Part shown: positions 31,847 through 43,200 of the stretch, in pieces
Position numbering within the stretch: the stretch's first letter is position 1
Layout: each line of letters opens with the position of its first letter
DNA from: Macrostomum lignano
Lineage: Eukaryota
Assembly (NCBI GenBank): GCA_002269645.1
Contig: NIVC01000896.1
Location: 124,001-188,000, forward strand
Direction: 5' to 3'
DNA length: 64,000 nucleotides
Program-made: the position numbers and the translations under genes
Notes under the pieces: model-generated
The model's input: the letters and a program-made list of their open reading frames with translations, nothing else
What the model was told of the DNA's origin: nothing
Database searches by the model: none

Positions 31847-34800
31847 TCAATGAGTATACACTTCACCAAAAAATTCTGGCGGGGCACGGGCCCTCTCACT
31901 TCGGCGCAATACAGGCTGTTCTGGATGCTCTGGAACATCAGCAGGGGCGCCGACCGGAGCGCCGACTGGGGCGCCGGCTGGGGCGCCGGCTGGGGCGCCG
32001 GCTGGGGCGCCGGCTGGGGCGCCGGCTGGGGCGCCGGCTGGGGCGCCGGCTGGGACGCCGTCAAATCTCAGGTCGTCCTCGTCAGGACTGTGCAGTTGCG
32101 CCGCTGGTTGCAATTGAGGTGCTGCAGCTGGACTGGCCGTGTTGCATGGCTTCAGGCGATTGAAATGCACCACCCTTCGCCGTCGTGCATTGGCCTCGTG
32201 CTGAATGCGGTAGGTGACGTCTGAGATCTGCTTTTTAACGCGCCATGGCCCAGTCCACCATCGATGAAATTTTTTCGGCTCTCGCCTCGCTTCAGCGCCG
32301 GATTGTGCAGCCAGACCAGATCGTTCTCGCTGAATGCCTCGCCGTGGCACCTCCTGTCGTACGCTGCCTTCTGGTGCAGTTGCGCTGCCTCCAAGTTTTG
32401 TCGCGCCCTCTCGTGCGATTTCTGCAGCCGGCTCCGCAGCTCGGCCACCCATTCACAAGGACGTTGCCTATCCGGCGCCAGACCTCCGTATGCCAAGTCC
32501 AGTGGTAGTCGCAGTTCCCGGCCGAAATGCATCGCCGAAGGTGTCTGACCAGTCGACTTGTGGACTGAAGTGCGGTAGCCCATCAGTGCAATCTGCAGAT
32601 GAAGATCCCAGTCTCGCTGATTCTCGTTCACCCATGCTCGCAGCAGCTGCACCAGTGTCCGGTTCATCCGTTCGCAACCGCCGTCTCCTTCAGGGTGGTA
32701 GCCTGTCGTCCGAGTCTTGTCGATTTTCAGCAGCCGCATCGTCTCTTGAAACAGCTGTGACTCCCAGTTCCGACCCTGGTCGGTGTGCACCGACTGCGGG
32801 ACTCCAAAGCGAGCCACCCACTCGTTGACAAACGTCCGGGCTGTGGTCTCAGCGTCTTGAGACGGCAGTGGAAAGGCCTCAGTCCACTTGCTGAAGGTGT
32901 CGATGACTACCAGGATGACTGAATTTCCACGATCGGTCCTCGGCAGGCCCACCATGAAGTCCATTTCCAGTCGCTGGCCAACGCTGCCGACCGCCATGCT
33001 CTGTAGAGGTGCCCGCCTGTGCTGGCCAGAATCTTTCAGTGTCGCGCATTCGAGGCACGCAGCACACCAGTCAGTCACATCTGCTGTCATTCCAGGCCAG
33101 TAGAGTCGCGCCCTGATCTTTTCAATGGTCTTCTGCGGTCCGCAGTGGCTGCCGCTCGTTCCAGCATGAGCTTCGACAAAAACATCGCGCTGTAGACTCT
33201 CTGGCACCAGCAGCTGCTGACAAAAGGCGCTGCCATCTTCGGATTCCCATCGGCGGCACAGCAGTCCGTTCACCAGTGTCAGCCGCTTAAACTCGGACAG
33301 CAGTTGCCGCTGCCGATTGCTCCAGCCGTCCGTCTCTGCCTTATCCGGTGGTTGACCATCTCGCAAGCAGTTCGCCAGCTTCTGCATGCACCGATCCTCT
33401 GCCTGTGCTCGTCGAATCGCGCTGTCGTCATTGAACTCGACAGCGAGCGCAGAGCCACTGCACAGGCAAGGTCCTTTTCGACACGGTCGCCGACTAAGTG
33501 CGTCTGCATTTCCATGTTTCTCGCCCTTGCGATACTCCGTCTGGTAGTCGAATTCGCTTAGCTTATCCAGCCACCGTGCCAGCTGACCATCGGGATCTCG
33601 AAAGCGCAGAAGATGGATCAGCGAGGCGTGATCAGTACGTAGTGTGAATCTTTTTCCTAACAAGTAGCTGCGATAGTGACCGACGAAGTGCACAATTGCC
33701 AGCAGCTCACGCCTCGTTGTGCAGTAATTTCTCTCTGCTTTGGACAGAATGCGACTGCCGTACGCCACCACCTGCGTCCTGCCACCACGGCGCTCTTGAA
33801 GAACTCCGGAGATGGCCACGCCAGAGGCATCGGTATCTAGCACGAACTCAGCGTCTTCTGCGAATGTCGGCATGATGAGGACTGGGCTGGAAGTAAGGCA
33901 CTGCTTTAGGCGATTAAATGCTGCTGAGCATTCGAGAGTCCAGCTGAAGGTCACGTCCTTTTGCGTTAGCTTGTACAGCGGTTCAGCAATCTCACTGTAG
34001 TTTTTAACGAAATGACGATAGTAGCCACATAACCCCAGGAATTGTCGCACTTCTGAACGATCTTCGGGCGTTGGCCACTCCTGTACTGCTTTCACCTTGT
34101 CCGGGTCAGTGGTCACGCCATCTTTTGAGATTCGAAAGCCAAGAAATGAGATCTCCTGATAGCACAAGTGGCACTTGGTCGGCTTCAACTTCAGGTTAGC
34201 GGTTCTGAATTTCTGCAACACAAGCTCAAGACGCCGCAGATGCTCCTCGAATCCTTTCGAAAAGATGACAACGTCGTCAAGAAATGACAGGCACACTTCC
34301 CATCGGAGGCCCTTCAGAACGAGTTCCATCAGCCTTGAAAACGTGGCAGGACCATTGCACACACCTTGCGGTAGTCTCTTGTACTGGAATAATCCTTGTG
34401 GCGCAGGAAATGCTGTTTTTGCGCGACTCTCTGAGTCCAGCATCACCTGGGTGTACCCGCTAGTGAAGTCGAGCGTTGAGAACATTGTGGATCCTGCGAG
34501 AGCATCGATCAGATCGCTGGTGTGAGGCAGTGGATGACTGTCTTTGACGGTCACGGAGTTGAGCAGTCTGAAGTCGTTCACGAAGCGCAAACTGCCGTCC
34601 TTCTTCTTCACCAGAATGACCGGGCTCGACCACGGAGAATTCGAAGGCTCTACGATGTCGTCTCTCACCATCTGCTCGACCATATCTGACACAGCTCGCT
34701 GGTTCGGCGGCGACAATCTACGAGGAGGCACTCTGATAGGTTTCGCCGACCCGGTGTCAATTTTGTGGTCAAGGAGTGAAGTGCAGCCCAGGTCGTTTGG

Positions 34801-35715
34801 ACTTTTCGAGAACACATCCTGGTACTGATGCAGAAGATCTTTGACACACTGAACTTGATTGGCTGTAAGATTTTTCTCATCAATGTGCACATTTGGTACA
34901 TACTCGGCGATTTGACCTTTCACTGTCTCAACTTGCATTGACAACTCTGCATCGGCACCATCTGACATCGGCTCAAAAGTCCCCAGTCTTGTTCCGGGGT
35001 AAAATGTATGCGGCTTGGTGTCCGTATTGACATAGTGAACAGCGATGAGTCCTCCTCGCAACACCGAGAGGCTGCGCGCTCCACACATGACCGTGGAGAT
35101 GTCCTTCGAATTGTCAGGCTCAAAAATGCCGCACTCACCATCAACAGCTGCATCTGACTCACTTGCCAATCTCGCTGGGAAGACGATTTCGTGACCAGCG
35201 GGCACGGTTGTCCTGTCTGCTACCTCAACGGCGAATACACAGGTGCTGGCTGCCGATGACTCCATTTTTACTTGCTGACCGCACACAGTGAGCGTTTGGC
35301 GATTGCAGTCGATGACGCAGCCACAGTTTGCCAGGAAATCTGCACCCAGCAAAAAATCCTTGGCCAGATTGTCGACAACTAAAACTCTTTGTCGAACCGT
35401 TGCCACACCGAAACTTAGCTGCACTTCCTGCCAACCACAGGCAGCCAAATAGTTAACGTCTGCCAGCTTCAACTGCACCGGAGTCGTCAAAGGCAGGAGC
35501 CTCTCATTCAGCTTGCGAAACAGGGAACTTGACATCAAAGACTGGGAACACCCAGTGTCAACTAGACAGCTGGCAGGGACACACATTGGCAGGATGCGAC
35601 AGTTTACCAGCATGTTGGCACCAGTGGCTGAGCAGGACACCTCTACGACTGGTTGCGCCGGGATTCTCACTTGCGGAACGGCACCCCGGCGGTCGCCGCT
35701 CCATCGAAGTTTCCC
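31847..35715 (-). CDS. pol: Pol polyprotein (protease, RT, RNase H, integrase), with one apparent 1-nt deletion near 32270
   Basis: LVDTGCS (protease), FVNDFRLLN and SFLDDVVIFS (RT), LDTDASG (RNase H), HAGTSGSH..CAACLEC and the LEMDF..HTDQGRNWES..ERMN DDE core (integrase). The C-terminus (KFHRWWTGPWRV..VVHFNRLKPC..LRRSERARAPP) continues in another frame after the T-run at 32270-32275. Confidence 0.93.
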
Positions 35716-36507
35716 GACTTCTGAGTGCAAAATCTTTGAACATGGCCCGGCTTACCGCACTTCCAGCATGTCACAACTCTGCGTCTGTCGCCGCTCTGAC
35801 GATGATCCTGGTCCTTTGACTCCCAGCGGCTGAGCTTGTTGGACAGCTCCTTCAGGGACCGTTGAATTCCGACTGCAAAGGCTTCGGGAACCTCAGCAGC
35901 TAGAGCCGTAGCAGTGCCTCCTTGCGACTGTATCGATTCCACGAATCGCGCTGTTTCAACTGTATCAGCGAATGTCGCCTTTGGCTGCATCTGCGTCTGC
36001 ATTCGCACAGCTGGGTCCCTCAATCCGGATAGAAACCGACCTTTGAGAAGCTCGTCCTTCGCTGTCACCGACGTCTCCTGCTCGGCACTTGCTTTCGTCT
36101 CCATCAGACTCGGGAAAGCGCGTTTGCCGCAACGATCAGGGCATCGGAATAGTCTGCAACCGACTGACCGTCCTTTTGAGTCAGATTGAAGAACTGCGCC
36201 TGCAGCTCAGCAGAGGATTTGATGGCCGAAATCGATTTTTCAGAGCCTTCTCAAAGTCGTCGTAGGACAGGGCAGCATCCAAATTGCTGGCCGCTTGATA
36301 TGATTTGTCGTCGAGGAATGACAGCAGAGCATTCTTGCGCTGATCCACAGGAAGAGATGATGCGAAATTGTTGAATCGTGCCAGCCAAAGTTCAAAGTCT
36401 TGTCCATGCTGGTATTGAGGCGGCCGCAAAAACATGTTGACAAAACGAGCTTGGGGCTGAGTCACCGCCACTGTAGGGCTCTCTGCACTGCCTTCATTTT
36501 CAGTCAT
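35667..36507 (-). CDS. gag: Gag with CCHC zinc knuckle, interrupted by two apparent 1-nt deletions
   Basis: ATG at 36507 (MTENEG). Adding one A at each of the T-runs 36218-36220 and 36123-36125 joins three frames into one protein ending with CWKCGKPGHVQRFC. Confidence 0.85.
35675..35715 (-). promoter_or_regulatory. Predicted -1 programmed ribosomal frameshift signal (G GGA AAC + 6-nt spacer + hairpin)
   Basis: The slippery heptamer at 35709-35715 is in the gag frame, and a -1 slip gives exactly the pol frame (GKLRWSGDRR). It is followed by the stem GGAGCGGC...GCCGTTCC (35702-35675). Confidence 0.8.
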
Positions 36508-36512
36508 AGCCG

Positions 36513-36524
36513 CCGCTGCCACCA
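36513..36524 (-). other. Primer-binding site TGGTGGCAGCGG (probably tRNA-Leu)
   Basis: One nt inside the 5' LTR; complementary to CCGCUGCCACCA, the 3' end of animal tRNA-Leu(AAG/UAG) as I recall it. Confidence 0.75.
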
Positions 36525-36525
36525 A

Positions 36526-36690
36526 TGTAAGAACAAGCGAAAACGAGAAATTGGCTTAAGGCGTAGACCGACTCTTGGCTGCCCAGGGCGCCAAGGCATT
36601 CACTTATATATTATCATTGTACAGCGAGCAAATGTACATAAGAGCTAGTGAACGTGCGCACACGCAATCAACTAAGCAAACCATCTTACA
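36526..36690 (-). repeat. 5' LTR
   Basis: Adjacent to the PBS; identical by eye to the 3' LTR. Confidence 0.97.
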
Positions 36691-36920
36691 CACCTGTACT
36701 AAATGGGCAGATGTGCAACCGACAGCTCAGCCGCAGCTATTGCGCGGCGCATCTAAAGGCTGCGTACGGTCAGTTCAGTCAAGGACTGGGGGGTCACCAC
36801 ACACACCCTCAATTACCCCTGCTAATGCTGGCACCAATTTTACTGCCGAGTGAATTGAAGCAATGCAAAGTCGTGTCTTGCTCAACGACACAAATTGTTC
36901 CGAGTAGGTCGAGAATCGAA
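36691..36920 (-). mobile_element. Second copy of SINE family 1, interrupted by the Gypsy element and 5'-truncated
   Basis: Aligns by eye with 15376-15582 (CACCTG..GGGCAGATG..CACACACCCTCAATTACCCC..GCTAATGCTGGCACC..GAATCGAA). Its AT-rich tail ending TGATTACACC is at 31450-31484 on the other side of the LTR element. Confidence 0.85.
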
Positions 36921-37014
36921 ATGAGTGCCTGCGGCGCCTAAATGAGTGCCTGCGGCGCCAAAATGAGTGCCCCAATTGAAATTCCATGGCTACGCCACTG
37001 GCTACGACCCCCTG
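36921..37014. mobile_element. hAT/MITE-like terminal fragment with a 21-bp subterminal repeat
   Basis: ATGAGTGCCTGCGGCGCC(T/A)AA x2.5 is followed by CCATGGCTACGCCACTG, whose reverse complement begins CAGTGGCGTAGCC like the terminus at 15014. No matching other end was found. Confidence 0.45.
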
Positions 37015-38631
37015 CTTAGTAATAAATATACTTTTGAGTTCTAGTTTACTCGTACCTACGAGTTTAGTACGAGCTTGTACTAATGGCAGTAGGAAGTTCA
37101 ATGATCTAAAATAAATGCTAAATGCTAAATGCTAACTAAAATAAAAGTGGGAATGGCATTCTTGGACGCTTCTGCCTGCAGGAATGAATGATTCTTGATT
37201 GCTTCTATCTTAATTATATACCATTAAGTTAAACCATAGACAAAATCAATTCTGCACGCTTGAGCGTGCAAGATCAGCAAACTCTTTCACTGCTTTGGCG
37301 ATGTTTTCGACGATTACTTGTAGTTAATATTGTACTTCAATGAAAATCCAGCCTTTACTTTCCAAGACTTTAGTTATTTCTAAAAGATTGGCTGACCAAA
37401 TTACAAAATGCAGCTCATAAAGGTATTTAATTTGATGTCGGCGTAAATATCCTGGATGACTTTTCAACTTTATCCAGTGAGATAGAGAGCCTTTTTCGAT
37501 CGTCTCTCTTACTGAATTAGCAAGATACACTGGCAGTAAGTGTCAGTAAAACTAAATTTACCCCAAAATTTAGGGCGAATGAACAAACAGACTATGGGTT
37601 CTCTTCTTCCATAATCTAACCGTCTGCGTATTATACAAGAGCTCTTTGCTCCTCTTTGATCGCTGCTGTCCACTGCCGCCTATTAATCGTTACAAAACCT
37701 TTGAGCGATCAGTCTCATAGCATTTTCCACGTGCGCGACATACAAAGTAACAGAGGCAGCCGAGTAGTGCCAGAAAGTAATCACGCTACATGATAGAATG
37801 AATTGCGTGACCGAAAAATGAAATATTGCCCAGCTTAAAGCAAAATAAGTATGTACAAAGACAGACGAGAGATTGGGGGAGCAGCTGTATTCAGAGATAG
37901 GGAAAATTTGACGTATTTTTTCAGAGTGGAACACAAGCAAAGCTTTCGTGGCTGGGAATGCAAGAGATATAAAACAGTCCAGCCTGGCACTCTCGCTGCC
38001 AGCGCGCGCTCAATTCATCTTTTTTTGACTTGCTGCTCCCCCCATCTCCACTCACTTATACAGACCCGTAGATATCGAGGCCTTCTACGGTTAGCGTCAC
38101 GTGGTTAGGGAAAATATTTCCTGTCCAAGTGCTTGGCCTCGACAAAACAGACGGGGAAGGCTTTTTCCCCTAATAATTATATGCGAGCTACCAACAAAAA
38201 TGCGAGAGAGAAACTGCCCCGATCGTCTGCAGCTCCTCCGACGTTTTTTGAGCACCAGCCGACTCCATCGGGAATTTGGTCGAATTGCATCTGCTTGCTT
38301 TAAAGAGTCGGCTAGGCTCCCCTTTCAGTGAAAATAAATATTGAGACAGCAGGTCAGAGAGGCTGGGGATGCCGATGCGCCTTGCTCTGAGCGGAGGCTT
38401 TAAAGCAACGCCACTTTTGGCTTGGTTATTTTTTTCGGCACACTGCTGGCCGTCCAAGAGTTCAAAGAATTGCACTTTTACAAACAGGAAATTTTATTGA
38501 TGCAAGATTCCATATTTAAAGCTGGATAGTCTGCCTTAGCTAGACAAGAGTCCTTGTCCGAAGCTAGATTTACAATGCAAATTGAGTCGATTTAAATCGA
38601 AAATTATTCGGCCACTGTAACCAGATTACCT

Positions 38632-38995
38632 TAAGGGGGGCCATAGCCCAGCGGTAGCGCAGCTGCTCTGGTGTGCCAGCGACCCAGGCTCGATTCCAAG
38701 TGCAGTCACATTAATTTGGGGCTGAATTGGAATCTCGGCTTGGCTCTGCTCGTGCAATTAACGGCTTTGAGGGCCAACCCCCCAAGGCGCAGTGAAGTGT
38801 ACATGCCTAACGATAATATAAAGTTAGGGCCGGTGTACACTCCTGTATGAGTGTGTGCCTGCGTAACGTATCCGCGCGCTTGTATGCCTGCTCAGGGGAG
38901 TCGGTGGAATGGGCAGTAATGCCTCTCGCCGGTTGTGTGCCTATGTCGCTTAAAGTGCGCCAGGGTGCACACAACCCCCCTGCCTCTAATAAAAA
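38632..38995 (+). mobile_element. tRNA-derived SINE (family 2) with 13-bp TSD
   Basis: TSD AACCAGATTACCT at 38619-38631 and 38996-39008. The head GGGGGCCATAGCCCAGCGGTAGCG carries an A box, followed by the B-box-like GGCTCGATTCC; the tail is A-rich (TAATAAAAA). Confidence 0.85.
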
Positions 38996-40134
38996 AACCA
39001 GATTACCTAAAGTAGCTACTTGTTGACTAGGCAAATGATTCGCTTGAATAGTTGCAAAAATCCGAGTTTTTTACTTGTTTTATGCTTTGAGTTTGATTAG
39101 TAGTTTTCCTCATTGTAGTTGTTTGAATTTCAAGTTCGCTGTGTCATTTTAACAATAGAATGACTGTAGATAATCGATGCACCCCAAAGCCGGTAATTGC
39201 GTGACAATGTCTATAAAGAAATTATTCAAACGTGAATCAAGGACGGCGAGTTTACATTTTTACTCAGACATTAATGAAAGCAGTACAGCTTTTGACTGTA
39301 GAATCTTCCGTTCCTTGTCCCGAGTCTGAAGGTCACGAGAATTGTAGCCAGACTGCATTGCTTCAATTTTTTCTTGCTCCACTGATGCGGAAATCCTAAT
39401 GCTGTGCATTAACTCTGGGTAGATCCAATTCCTTGCGGAGGTCAGGAAGGGACAGCGTGAGCGGGGATTTTCTATCAAAAGCTTTGGCCAAAAAAGCATT
39501 TTTGATGCTGTCTAGACCGCGAAATAATGTGCTGTAACATTATAAACAAATATTTTTTCAGCATGATGCCTATGGCACTGGTACAGTAAATTCTCTCACA
39601 TGCTCACATTATTCATCTCACGCTCAGTCATCGTTCGCTAGTGACAGCTCCATTCTGAATTCTGATTGATTACGTTAAGCTCTGTATGCACGGGTTTAGT
39701 GTAAATCACTAAAATGTCTGTACGCGTCGCATGCACAGAGCGTTTTCACAAGACCTAAATGCATTTAATTTCGTTGATAAATAATTAGATACGTCCTGTG
39801 AAGTTTTGACGCTGTGATATTGTATGCTTAACTTTCAGCAATGTGAAATTTAGGTTTCATGAAACCCCGTCTGTTTTAGGCTAAATTTCTTGACGTCTCG
39901 AAATACTTATGGCCGAATTATGACTTAGCGGCCATGATCCTCCTATATAATAAAATCCTTTGGATTGTAATACATACAGAAAATGTTGAAAACTTGCTTT
40001 CAGCAGGTAGTCACTGCAATCTAAGTGCTTGAGCGGGCTAAGATTAGTAGAAACAGGAAATCGAGGCCAGCATCGTGCTACTTGGTCAACCATTAGAGTA
40101 GTATCATAAGAAAACTGTGCTTTATATTCACTTT

Positions 40135-40206
<72 letters not shown>
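40135..40206. repeat. (GATA)n microsatellite, left flank of the 272-bp array
   Basis: Read directly. Confidence 0.97.
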
Positions 40207-43200
40207 TAGATAGCGAGAAAGAGCGAGCGAAGCGAGCTCTTTCGAGCTTGCTTGCCGCAGCCAATCAAGCTGAATGCACGCACACAAGATCACCGGAAAC
40301 GATTAAGGCAGCTGGAAAGCCAATGGGCGCGGTAAGCGCTTTTATCCAGAGGAACTACCTGCTGGAACCAGCCTGCCGTTCGAAAATCAGACTACTCAAG
40401 TAGTGCAAAAGAGTGCGAGCAACTACCGAGAAATCTAATTTTCGTAACCGCTCCGGTGCAGGTCCTGGCAATAGATGGTAGATAGCGAGAAAGAGCGAGC
40501 GAAGCGAGCTCTTTCGAGCTTGCTTGCCGCAGCCAATCAAGCTGAATGCACGCACACAAGATCACCGGAAACGATTAAGGCAGCTGGAAAGCCAATGGGC
40601 GCGGTAAGCGCTTTTATCCAGAGGAACTACCTGCTGGAACCAGCCTGCCGTTCGAAAATCAGACTACTCAAGTAGTGCAAAAGAGTGCGAGCAACTACCG
40701 AGAAATCTAATTTTCGTAACCGCTCCGGTGCAGGTCCTGGCAATAGATGGTAGATAGCGAGAAAGAGCGAGCGAAGCGAGCTCTTTCGAGCTTGCTTGCC
40801 GCAGCCAATCAAGCTGAATGCACGCACACAAGATCACCGGAAACGATTAAGGCAGCTGGAAAGCCAATGGGCGCGGTAAGCGCTTTTATCCAGAGGAACT
40901 ACCTGCTGGAACCAGCCTGCCGTTCGAAAATCAGACTACTCAAGTAGTGCAAAAGAGTGCGAGCAACTACCGAGAAATCTAATTTTCGTAACCGCTCCGG
41001 TGCAGGTCCTGGCAATAGATGGTAGATAGCGAGAAAGAGCGAGCGAAGCGAGCTCTTTCGAGCTTGCTTGCCGCAGCCAATCAAGCTGAATGCACGCACA
41101 CAAGATCACCGGAAACGATTAAGGCAGCTGGAAAGCCAATGGGCGCGGTAAGCGCTTTTATCCAGAGGAACTACCTGCTGGAACCAGCCTGCCGTTCGAA
41201 AATCAGACTACTCAAGTAGTGCAAAAGAGTGCGAGCAACTACCGAGAAATCTAATTTTCGTAACCGCTCCGGTGCAGGTCCTGGCAATAGATGGTAGATA
41301 GCGAGAAAGAGCGAGCGAAGCGAGCTCTTTCGAGCTTGCTTGCCGCAGCCAATCAAGCTGAATGCACGCACACAAGATCACCGGAAACGATTAAGGCAGC
41401 TGGAAAGCCAATGGGCGCGGTAAGCGCTTTTATCCAGAGGAACTACCTGCTGGAACCAGCCTGCCGTTCGAAAATCAGACTACTCAAGTAGTGCAAAAGA
41501 GTGCGAGCAACTACCGAGAAATCTAATTTTCGTAACCGCTCCGGTGCAGGTCCTGGCAATAGATGGTAGATAGCGAGAAAGAGCGAGCGAAGCGAGCTCT
41601 TTCGAGCTTGCTTGCCGCAGCCAATCAAGCTGAATGCACGCACACAAGATCACCGGAAACGATTAAGGCAGCTGGAAAGCCAATGGGCGCGGTAAGCGCT
41701 TTTATCCAGAGGAACTACCTGCTGGAACCAGCCTGCCGTTCGAAAATCAGACTACTCAAGTAGTGCAAAAGAGTGCGAGCAACTACCGAGAAATCTAATT
41801 TTCGTAACCGCTCCGGTGCAGGTCCTGGCAATAGATGGTAGATAGCGAGAAAGAGCGAGCGAAGCGAGCTCTTTCGAGCTTGCTTGCCGCAGCCAATCAA
41901 GCTGAATGCACGCACACAAGATCACCGGAAACGATTAAGGCAGCTGGAAAGCCAATGGGCGCGGTAAGCGCTTTTATCCAGAGGAACTACCTGCTGGAAC
42001 CAGCCTGCCGTTCGAAAATCAGACTACTCAAGTAGTGCAAAAGAGTGCGAGCAACTACCGAGAAATCTAATTTTCGTAACCGCTCCGGTGCAGGTCCTGG
42101 CAATAGATGGTAGATAGCGAGAAAGAGCGAGCGAAGCGAGCTCTTTCGAGCTTGCTTGCCGCAGCCAATCAAGCTGAATGCACGCACACAAGATCACCGG
42201 AAACGATTAAGGCAGCTGGAAAGCCAATGGGCGCGGTAAGCGCTTTTATCCAGAGGAACTACCTGCTGGAACCAGCCTGCCGTTCGAAAATCAGACTACT
42301 CAAGTAGTGCAAAAGAGTGCGAGCAACTACCGAGAAATCTAATTTTCGTAACCGCTCCGGTGCAGGTCCTGGCAATAGATGGTAGATAGCGAGAAAGAGC
42401 GAGCGAAGCGAGCTCTTTCGAGCTTGCTTGCCGCAGCCAATCAAGCTGAATGCACGCACACAAGATCACCGGAAACGATTAAGGCAGCTGGAAAGCCAAT
42501 GGGCGCGGTAAGCGCTTTTATCCAGAGGAACTACCTGCTGGAACCAGCCTGCCGTTCGAAAATCAGACTACTCAAGTAGTGCAAAAGAGTGCGAGCAACT
42601 ACCGAGAAATCTAATTTTCGTAACCGCTCCGGTGCAGGTCCTGGCAATAGATGGTAGATAGCGAGAAAGAGCGAGCGAAGCGAGCTCTTTCGAGCTTGCT
42701 TGCCGCAGCCAATCAAGCTGAATGCACGCACACAAGATCACCGGAAACGATTAAGGCAGCTGGAAAGCCAATGGGCGCGGTAAGCGCTTTTATCCAGAGG
42801 AACTACCTGCTGGAACCAGCCTGCCGTTCGAAAATCAGACTACTCAAGTAGTGCAAAAGAGTGCGAGCAACTACCGAGAAATCTAATTTTCGTAACCGCT
42901 CCGGTGCAGGTCCTGGCAATAGATGGTAGATAGCGAGAAAGAGCGAGCGAAGCGAGCTCTTTCGAGCTTGCTTGCCGCAGCCAATCAAGCTGAATGCACG
43001 CACACAAGATCACCGGAAACGATTAAGGCAGCTGGAAAGCCAATGGGCGCGGTAAGCGCTTTTATCCAGAGGAACTACCTGCTGGAACCAGCCTGCCGTT
43101 CGAAAATCAGACTACTCAAGTAGTGCAAAAGAGTGCGAGCAACTACCGAGAAATCTAATTTTCGTAACCGCTCCGGTGCAGGTCCTGGCAATAGATGGTA

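Larger units (their letters stand above)
31485..36690 (-). mobile_element. Full-length Ty3/Gypsy LTR retrotransposon (5206 bp)
   Basis: Two identical 165-bp LTRs (TGTAAG...CTTACA) at 31485-31649 and 36526-36690. 4-bp TSD CACC (31481-31484, 36691-36694), PBS at 36513-36524, polypurine tract (PPT) at 31653-31665. Domain order is Gag-PR-RT-RNaseH-IN. Confidence 0.98.

Noticed and set aside
38636-38710. Genuine tRNA gene
   Set aside because: No complete cloverleaf or acceptor stem by eye, a degenerate B box, and it heads a TSD-flanked 364-bp insert.
37683-39499. Short ORFs at 38188-38475 and 39260-39499 (and 31026-31316) as exons of a hidden gene
   Set aside because: No consistent splice phases and no recognisable motifs.
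40270-40305. Hammerhead ribozyme in the 272-bp unit
   Set aside because: The closest matches (CTGAATG...GAAAC on one strand, CTGATTTTCGAAC on the other) lack the CUGANGA core and a correctly placed NUH site.
40415-40490. Twister or twister-sister-like fold (GCAA-CUACC...CCGG-UGCAGGU-CCUGG...GGUAG; UUUUCG-UAA...CGAGAA)
   Set aside because: The resemblance to the remembered consensus is only partial; the conserved 3' loop strand and pseudoknot pairings are missing. It is still worth an Infernal search and a cleavage assay, but cannot be called.
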